A stretch of 64,000 bases of DNA from Octopus vulgaris (lineage: Eukaryota), in contig OX597838.1 in assembly GCA_951406725.2 (NCBI GenBank), forward strand, positions 17,422,001 through 17,486,000, given 5' to 3'. The notes beneath the pieces are model-generated. The model was not told where the DNA came from and did no database searches. It saw only the letters and a program-made list of their open reading frames with translations. Below, piece by piece: positions 55,680 through 64,000 of this stretch. The position numbers and the translations under genes were made by a program. How positions within the stretch are numbered: the first letter of the stretch is position 1; each line of letters opens with the position of its first letter.

Positions 55680-56117
55680 GGATCTTTTCGGTTTCACCGG
55701 CAGTTTTTTTTCATAATTTCCACGTAACTAAACACTTTTAAACTTCGTATACTGGTAGAATGTGTTTATAAAATATCTTTTTCTCTTGGCTTTATTGAGA
55801 AAATTCTATAGTTTGTAAGATATTTGTTGTTGTTTTTTCTTCAATTTCTGCAATTTCAACCAATCACTGACGTCCATTGAGGTAAAAAAAAAACATTGTG
55901 TGCCGTATGAATATGTCCCTCGTTAAAGAAACAGATTGGGTTTATTTACATTTCTGAAGAAAAAAGATACCCTTTCCCCCACCCCTAACCCTAACCCTAA
56001 CTAAACCTAGCCCTAAAACAGATTGAAATGCAATAGATCGATACTAGGGTCACAATTATGGGTGACAATTTCATATGACACCGCTAGAAAGAACTGCCGT
56101 TCAAACCGAAAAGATCC
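55680..56117. mobile_element. Merlin-like MITE, second copy in opposite orientation
   Basis: GGATC..GATCC TIRs; perfect 8-bp TSD atttcacg; internal ccctaa repeats. Confidence 0.85.
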
Positions 56118-56344
56118 ATTTCACGACTATCGATCCCAGTCCAGTCAAGCTTCCAATGACACACTCAGGGGACACCACACTGCTATAAACCCGATCATAG
56201 TCCAACTCCCCGTCATAAAGCGACAACAAAACCGATAGAAAATAATGCATGTCGGTGCTCCAGCATGGCCGCAGTCCTACGACTGAAACACTTGGAAGAA
56301 TTCAAAGAATAATAGAATTGACCCCTCAGCTTAAGGTTGTTTCA

Positions 56345-57024
56345 TCTCTCTCTATATATATAAAGCTGAAGTTGTCTGTGTATGGCAGGTTTGGTATCCT
56401 TCAACTAACACTATCTCCTCCGAGACCCTGTGGCGCAAGTTGACCAAAATTGAGAGTATGATCATCATCATCATTGTTCGACCGTGGTCGAGACAATGGA
56501 ATTTACCATGCTACGCCAGACTTCACGGTCCATCATGGCATTACGGAGGTCCTGTTGCTGGATGCCTGTATCCCTGGAGATTACATCAGGGTAGGAGAGT
56601 GTGCGCCCTCTGGTATTGCGAGTAGACGGCTTCCAGAGGAGAAGAGTAGAAATTACTTCTTTTTCAGCTCTACAACAATGTCCAGCAAACTGGACTCTCC
56701 TGCCTTTCACAAGAGATGACACAGGTGGTAGTATGATAGAAGAAGGCTTGCTCTTCCTTCCGTAGAAGAAAGAATTCAAATCGGACCATGCTAACGCCAA
56801 AAATTATTTACATCAAAAAGGTGCTTTTTTTTTCTATGAAAAGCCCTAATTTTTTACGATTTTTTGACTGTCGCCATTTTTCGTGTATTTCAACCAGAAA
56901 AATGTTCACTTAAAGAGAATAACAAGCTACATAATGCAAAATTTTTACTTTTCAAAATTTCCAATTCTTTTCAAAAATTCCAAGGGTCGAAACAAACCCG
57001 AGAAATGCCGGGCGATGCTGCTAG
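56345..57024 (+). mobile_element. Non-autonomous Helitron interrupted by an RTE fragment
   Basis: a|TCtctctctatatatataaag start; cccgagaaatgccgggcgatgctgCTAG|t end. Termini similar to 31291-31702. Confidence 0.8.
56463..56729 (-). mobile_element. RTE-type LINE 3' fragment
   Basis: RRVQFAGHCCR..LLLWKP..RGRTLSYPDVISRDTG..AMMDREVWR..EQ*, (TGA)n tail, 8-bp TSD agtatgat. Confidence 0.88.
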
Positions 57025-57294
57025 TTTACTTATAGGGCTGTGTTTCAATTCTACCTCATCCTTTTACTTATTTGTATTACTTGACGTTATGCACTTACTT
57101 GTGCTCTCGTTGGATTCCGTTGATTTCCGTTTCAATTATATTGTTATCATGTGACAAATGATGCGATCTATTTATTTGGAGCTTAATGTACTTGGCTTAA
57201 ACTGTATGAAACTCAGCTGAGATGTTAGAGTTGAAAAATTCAACTGGATCGAAAAAAAACATGGATTTTAAGGTACTTTCAATAAGTACATTAT

Positions 57295-57473
57295 AGGCGT
57301 AGGAGTGGTTGTGTGGTAAGTAGCTTGCTTACCAACCACGTGGTTCCGGATTCAGTCCCACTGCGTGGCACCTTGGGCAAGTGTCTTCTACTGCAGCCTC
57401 GGGCCGACCAAATCCTTGTGAGTGGATTTGGTAGATGGAAACTGAAAGAAGCCCGTCGTGTATATGCATATAT

Positions 57474-57535
<62 letters not shown>

Positions 57536-57748
57536 TCGTGTGTCTGTGTTTGTCACCCCCGCTTGACAACCGATGCTGGTGTGTTCACGTCCCCGTCACT
57601 TAGCGGTTCGGCCAAAGAGACCGATAGAATAAGTACTAGGCTTCCAAAGAATAAGTCCTGGTGTCGATTTGCTCGACTAAAGGCATTGCTCCAGCATGGT
57701 CATAGTCAAAACGACTGAAACAAGTAAAAGAGTAAAGAGTAAAGAGTA
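57295..57748 (+). mobile_element. SINE family A
   Basis: Full-length consensus match. Confidence 0.9.
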
Positions 57749-57989
57749 AGTACAATGTTTGTGTGGATTGAGGATTCTGCATTCTTCACGATTCACCTTC
57801 TTAAACTAATTTGGACCAGTTTGTAACTGATAAGGATTATCACTTATATAATCCAGATTATACCGAAAGTTTTCAAAGCTGATTGCTCATATACATCAAC
57901 AATTCCGTGCGGACATTATTCGACGTGAAGGGAACTTAGTTGAAAATACCACTGAAAGTTTTGCCAACTGTTGTGTATGTATGCGTGCA

Positions 57990-58027
<38 letters not shown>

Positions 58028-58255
58028 ACCACCACCACCACACCATACACACACTCATACCGCACACACACATTCATATATATATATATATACTCGTATA
58101 TACACCGTTCATGTATCTGGTTTGTAAGGTTCTTTATGTGAATTTGCGTGTCGAAACAAGTTTTGTTGCGTCTAGATGGTGTTAATAATATTAGCATAAT
58201 GACTCCCCGTAGACACAATAATATATGTGTGTGTATGTGTGTGTGAACACACACT

Positions 58256-58314
<59 letters not shown>

Positions 58315-58396
58315 GTACGTATGTATGTGTGTGTGTGTATATATATATACATATATAATTATATGGTATTATATAACCATTACGGCCGGTCTTACG

Positions 58397-58639
58397 AATC
58401 AGTTTCACACTGGATATTAAAACGGATGTTAGATAATTGCATGGTTACGTAATCCCACATGCTGTTATCTAACATCTGGTTGAATACTCAGTGTAAAACC
58501 GATTAGCTTGTCAGTGATTTTGGTTCAGTTTTAATTTATTAGTGTTGTTTATAAAATCTTTGTATATCAAATCTAATATACAAAGATTTGATAAGCAAGA
58601 CGAATAAATTAAAACTGAACCAAAATCAGTGACAAGCTA
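58397..58639. repeat. Two abutting long inverted repeats (hairpins)
   Basis: 58397-58443 pairs with 58458-58504; 58504-58567 pairs with 58576-58639. Confidence 0.85.
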
Positions 58640-59010
58640 TGACCCAAACAGATTTTTTTCCTGATGTCTTAGAAACTTCTAAGCTGAAGTGACAACAGCA
58701 TGGACTTTGCCTGTCTTCTTACCCTCTTAGAGGATTTAAGTAAAATTATACAAATATGTCCAACTGTTAAAAAAAATTATATTTATTTATGCAGCTGAGG
58801 ATAGCCCTGCATTCAAATTGATGTAATGATTGCATTGTTCAATTAAATGGAACCGCTTGAAACGGTCGTACTGCATCAGCTCTGGATATCTGTTGCTTAT
58901 TATGATATATATACTTATATATAAACATACATACACAGTTACATACATGTATAAGAATACACACATAGGTGTGCACTTACACACGTATATATACACACAA
59001 GCACGTTATA

Positions 59011-59051
<41 letters not shown>

Positions 59052-59284
59052 TTGTGTGTGTGTATCTTTGTGTGTGTATGAATGTGTGTTCCAAAACTTG
59101 TAACATCTTTGGATTCCTTGTATTAAATATTCTACGTTAAGAGATATTCAGTCCATGCAATTGTGAATGGCCTCCTTAATCCTTGTATTAAACTCAATCT
59201 CTCTCTCTTTCTCCCTCTCGCTTTCCCTATGTTTCTCTCTCTCCCTCTCTCTCTCTTTCTCCGTCATGTGCACGCGGCCACGCA

Positions 59285-59323
<39 letters not shown>

Positions 59324-59467
59324 ACAGAAGCTTCTTTTAGTTTCCGTCCACCGAATCCACTCACAAGACTTAGGTCGGCCGGATATATAGCAGAAGCTGT
59401 AGGAGTGAACCTTGAACCATGCGGTTGGGCAGAAAACTTCTAATCCCACAGCCATGCCTGTACGTAC

Positions 59468-59498
<31 letters not shown>

Positions 59499-59566
59499 TG
59501 TATGTATGTATGCATGCATGCATGCGTGTATGTATGTATGTATGTATGTACGTATGTATGTATGTT

Positions 59567-59635
<69 letters not shown>

Positions 59636-59939
59636 GTGAGGAGAGAAAGAAAGAGAGAGAAGGTGTTAGAAAAGTTATCTTAACGCAAGTATTCAGGAAA
59701 CCTCTTAAGACATTTTTTGATGAATATGTTACAGCCCAGAAGAACAACCCTCCCGGTAACGAATGCTCAAATTTAAGAATTTTGACACTGGTCGCCTGTT
59801 AAAGAACTTTCTGGGACATTTATGGCATTTAACATAATATTTATTCTCCTCCAGAATGAAATGCGCGCAATTAATATTATAAATTCCCTCTCTGTTCTGA
59901 ATGCAATGCTGTGATCGTCATTTTAATTTTGTTACTAGC

Positions 59940-60345
59940 CGCAGGCATGGCTGTCTGGTAAGAAATTTGCTTCCCAACCACATAGTTCCGGGTTCTGCCC
60001 CACTGCGTGGCAGCTCGGGAAAGTGTCTTCTACTATAGCCTTGCGCCGACCAAAGACTTGTGAGTGGATTTGATAGACGGAAACTGTAAGAAGCTCGTCG
60101 CATATGTGTGTGTATGTGAGTGTGTGTGCGTTTGTGTCTGTGCTTACTTCCCACTACCGCTTGACAACCGGTGTTGGTGTGTTTACGTCCGCGTAACATG
60201 GTTCGGCTAGAACCGATAGAGTAAGTACCAGGCTTTAAAGAAAATAAGCACTAGGGTCGTTTCGTTCGATTAAACTTCTCCAAGGTGGTGCCCCAGCATG
60301 GCCGCAGTCTAATGGTTGAAATAAGTAAAAGATTAAAAGATTAAA
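59940..60345 (+). mobile_element. SINE family A (older, diverged)
   Basis: Consensus match with many substitutions. Confidence 0.75.
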
Positions 60346-60389
60346 ACAGAATTCATCAAAAGTTTTTATTACTTCAGTAATTCTATTAT

Positions 60390-60830
60390 ACTCTAGGCAC
60401 AAGGACCGAAATTTTGGGGGTGCGGGCCAGTCGATTAGATCGACCCCAGTGCGTAACTGGTACTTAATTTATCGACCCCGAAAGGATGAAAGGCAAAGTC
60501 GACCTCGGCGGAATTTGAACTCAGAACGTAGCGGCAGACGACATACCACTAAGCATTTCGCCCGGCGTGTTCACGTTTCTGCCAAGCTCGCCGCCTTTTT
60601 CTGGCAGACGAAATACCTATTTCTTTACTACCCACAAGGGGCTAAACACAGAGAGGACAAATAAGGACAGACAAACGGATTAAGTCGATTAGATCGACCC
60701 CAGTGCGTAACTGGTACTTAATTTATCGATCCCGAAAGGATGAAAGGCAAAGTCGACCTCGGCGGAATTTGAACTCAGAACGTAGCGGCAGACGAAACAC
60801 CACTAAGCACTTCGCCAGCTCGCCACCTAA
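60390..60830 (-). mobile_element. Cluster of SINE family B units
   Basis: Two near-complete units plus a restart fragment at 60603-60617. Confidence 0.8.
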
Positions 60831-61193
60831 AGTGTTTTATATATCAAACAACTCATGCCTCTAGCAGTTGTTACTGCCTTGAAGCTATGACACTTTAGCC
60901 ATCCGGAGTTATCTCCCTTGCTCTATTTTGATAATCATCGATTTTAATAGTTTATTGATTTCTAAATACGAGAGAGGAGCCCGACGGGGAGAACGGGGAA
61001 TGGTTTTAATTGCATCAGCCCGGAAATAATTAATACTTTATTTTGTCAATCCTAGAACGATGAACGGCGAAGGTCTAATGGCAGAATTTTAAACTTAAAA
61101 CGAAGATTCGATGCATTTATTTCGATCCATAATCTCTCAGGTACAGTCATTTACTAATCAGGGCAGATCAAACAGACAGACAGACAGACAGAC

Positions 61194-61295
<102 letters not shown>

Positions 61296-61790
61296 CTTGT
61301 GTGTGTGTGTGAGAGAGAGAGAGATAGACAGAGGAAAAGACAGACAGATAGAAGAAGAAGAAGAAGAAGAAGAAGAAAGAGAAGAAAGAGTAAGAGAGCG
61401 AGTGAGAGTACATTGTGCATATTAACTTCACCTATTTACCTTTCATTTGTAGCAGTCATTAAAGTGCGGCCATGTTGCAGCACCGCCTTGAAGAATTTTA
61501 CTCAAACAAATCGACCTCTAGACTTAGCCTTTTTTCAAAGTTTGGTGCTTGTTCTGTCGGTCATTTTCATTGAACCGCTAAGTTAACGGGACGTAAAAAC
61601 ACCATCACAAGTTGTCAAACGGTGCGATGGATTGTCAAACGCATGTGTGATAAGAAGCTTGCGTCCCAACCACATGGTTCCGGGTTCAGTCCCCCTGCGT
61701 GACACCTTGGGAAAGTGTCTACCACAGCCTCGGACTTGAGAGTGCATTTGATAGACGGAAACTGAGAGAAGCACATCGCATGTATATATA

Positions 61791-62190
61791 CAGGAGTGGC
61801 TGTGTGGTAAGTAGCTTGCTTACCAACCACATGGTTCCGGGTTCAGTCCCACTGCGTGGCACCTTGGGCAAGTGTCTTCTAATATAGCCTCGGGCCGACC
61901 AAAGCCTTGTTGAGTGGATTTGGTAGACGGAAACTGAAAGAAGCCCGTCGTATATATGTATATATATGTATGTGCGTCTATGTTTATGTGACTGTGTTTG
62001 TCCCCCTAGCATTGCTTGACAACCGATGCTGGTGTGTTTATGTCCCCGTCACTTATTAGCGGTTCGGCAAAAGAGACCGATAGAATAAGTACTGGGCTTA
62101 CAAAAGAATAAGTCCCGGGGTCGAGTTGCTCGATTAAAGGCGGTGCACCAGCATGGCCGCAGTCAAAATGACTGAAACAAGTAAAAAAAA
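61791..62190 (+). mobile_element. SINE family A
   Basis: Consensus match. Confidence 0.9.
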
Positions 62191-62737
62191 AAATATATAT
62201 ATATATAATTTTGTGTGTTTGTGTGTATGTGTGGGTTTTTTTTTGGTGCTTGTCCTCCACCATCGTTCGACAACCGGTGCACTTCTCCATGTCAGGTGCA
62301 TTACTGATTTTCCGTCCGTCACCACTCAGGGAACCATTCAGTCCCGTTGCATGGTTTGAAGCAAGAAACCTGACAGAGGAAAGTTGTAAGTCACTGTGCG
62401 CTTCCAACCGGTTAGGTCCGCACTTGTCATCACTCTTCCGTCGCCATAGGACTTCTGGTAGGTAGAATGACGAATGAGTCCACCCTAAAGAGACATCTGT
62501 ACATCACTGGATTATAGTGATAACTACTTGTACAACACGAGTACCAATCTCTGAGTTCCCATGATCAGTATCTAATGACAGGCCGAAGCGAGATAACCAG
62601 TTAGAACACGAAAACGGATGTTTTACATCAGGAGTCCTAATGTGCAGTCTGTCGTCAATCGAGAATATTTTTGAATCCCGCGCTCACATAGAATGTCATC
62701 ACATATGACATTCTAGCTCAGATAGAATGTCATCACA

Positions 62738-63020
62738 GGCGGCGAGCTGGCAGAAACGTTAGCACGCCGGGCAAAATGCTTAGCAGTATTTCGTCTGCTG
62801 CTACGTTCAGAGTTCAAATTCCGCCGGGGTCGACTTTGCCTTTCATCCTTTCGGGGTCGATAAATTAAGTACCAGTTACGCACTGGGGTCGATGTAATCG
62901 ACTTAATACCTATGTCTGTCCTTGTTTGTCCCCTCTGTCTTTAGCCCCTTGTGGGTTATAAAGAAATAGGTATTTCGTCTGCGGTTACGTTCTGAGTTCA
63001 AATTCCGCCGAGGTCGACTA
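62738..63020 (+). mobile_element. SINE family B with partial head-to-tail second unit
   Basis: Full unit, then a restart at gtatttcgtctg (62970). Confidence 0.85.
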
Positions 63021-63128
63021 TATAAAGCGTACATGATATACAAAGACGATATTCATCCAGATGGTATATACACACAGCATAAATCCATTTTTATTATATA
63101 TAGACTATTCGACTTCACACTGAACCCC

Positions 63129-63159
<31 letters not shown>

Positions 63160-63496
63160 CACACACAGATTCGTATATATCATGCAAACACATGCAATTA
63201 CATTCAATGTGAATGTTTCTGTGTGTACATATAAATGTGTGTGTACGTGTGCGTGTGTGAACTTTTCACCCCCTCACTGTTACTCCCTCCTCTCACTTAG
63301 CGGTCATTCAAATAGCTCTTTTGTCTTAATAACGGTCAATTACACAGCAATTTCCCTTTGTTTAACGGTCATTTTTCATAGCATTTTCCCGATGGTCGGA
63401 TAACTGAAGAGATGGCGGCGTGGATTTCCACCTCGGCATCCGAAACTCGGAGTTTTATTATGGCTACCGAACAATTGTCACCTATTACATTGACAG

Positions 63497-63574
<78 letters not shown>

Positions 63575-63621
63575 ACGTGTGTGTGTGTATTTGTGTGCGC
63601 GCACACACGCATACATACATA

Positions 63622-63918
63622 CTATAGCATCAGGTCAACCACAGCCTTGTGAGTGGATTTGGTAGACGGAAACTGAAAGAAGCCTGTTCTATATATGTAT
63701 ATGTATGTGTGTGTGTGTGTGTATGCGTTTGTGTGTCTGTGTTTGTCCCCCCACCATCGCTTGACAACCGATGCTGACGTGTTTGGGTCCCCGTAACTTA
63801 GCGGCTCGGCAAAAGAGACCGATAGAATAAGTCCTGGGGGTCGATTTTGATTCGATTAAAGGCGGTGCTCCAGCATGACCGCTGTCAAATGACTGAAACA
63901 AGTAAAAGAATAAAAAAG
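63622..63918 (+). mobile_element. SINE family A (5'-truncated)
   Basis: Consensus match. Confidence 0.8.
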
Positions 63919-63992
63919 AAAGAATGCTTTTATAACTCATGCATAATACATTTGCTTCTCCTTGTAACTGACCGTATATCTTCATTGTACAG

Positions 63993-64000
63993 GTTTTCCT
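63993..64000 (+). CDS. Probable start of the next Hv exon (end of S2), truncated by the window edge
   Basis: Branch-like actgac, pyrimidine-rich run and gtacag acceptor ending 63992. Phase-0 reading GTT TTC CT = V-F-L fits Hv1 E153-I-I-F-K. Only 8 nt are visible. Confidence 0.5.

Noticed and set aside
54538-55716. 392-aa His/Thr-rich ORF and the many YI/CV/LSIY ORFs
   Set aside because: Stop-free translations of (CA)n, (TA)n and (TCTA)n microsatellites.
62280-62700. Higher-complexity segment with a 133-aa minus ORF
   Set aside because: The ORF runs into a SINE and shows no convincing motif; probably an old retroelement remnant.

Overview
Eukaryotic, AT-rich, extremely microsatellite- and SINE-rich DNA. 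The repeat content suggests an Octopus-type cephalopod genome (inference). The window lies inside one large + strand gene encoding a voltage-gated proton channel (Hv/HVCN1 family). The S0-S1 exon is at 1989-2113. After a 22.7-kb intron, a 1295-nt exon at 24836-26130 encodes a giant Ser/Asn-rich S1-S2 loop plus S2. The next exon probably starts at 63993, at the window edge. This channel has Glu at the selectivity-filter position (human D112), Met at the charge-transfer-centre position (human F150), and an S1-S2 linker about 400 aa longer than in human Hv1. The introns contain several tRNA-derived SINE families, LINE fragments (CR1-group, RTE, L1/Tx1), Penelope-type repeats with minimal hammerhead ribozyme motifs, mariner/Tigger/hAT/Merlin-type non-autonomous elements, Helitrons, long hairpins and a tandemly duplicated exon-like unit. 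Almost all ORFs in the supplied track are microsatellite or SINE artefacts.
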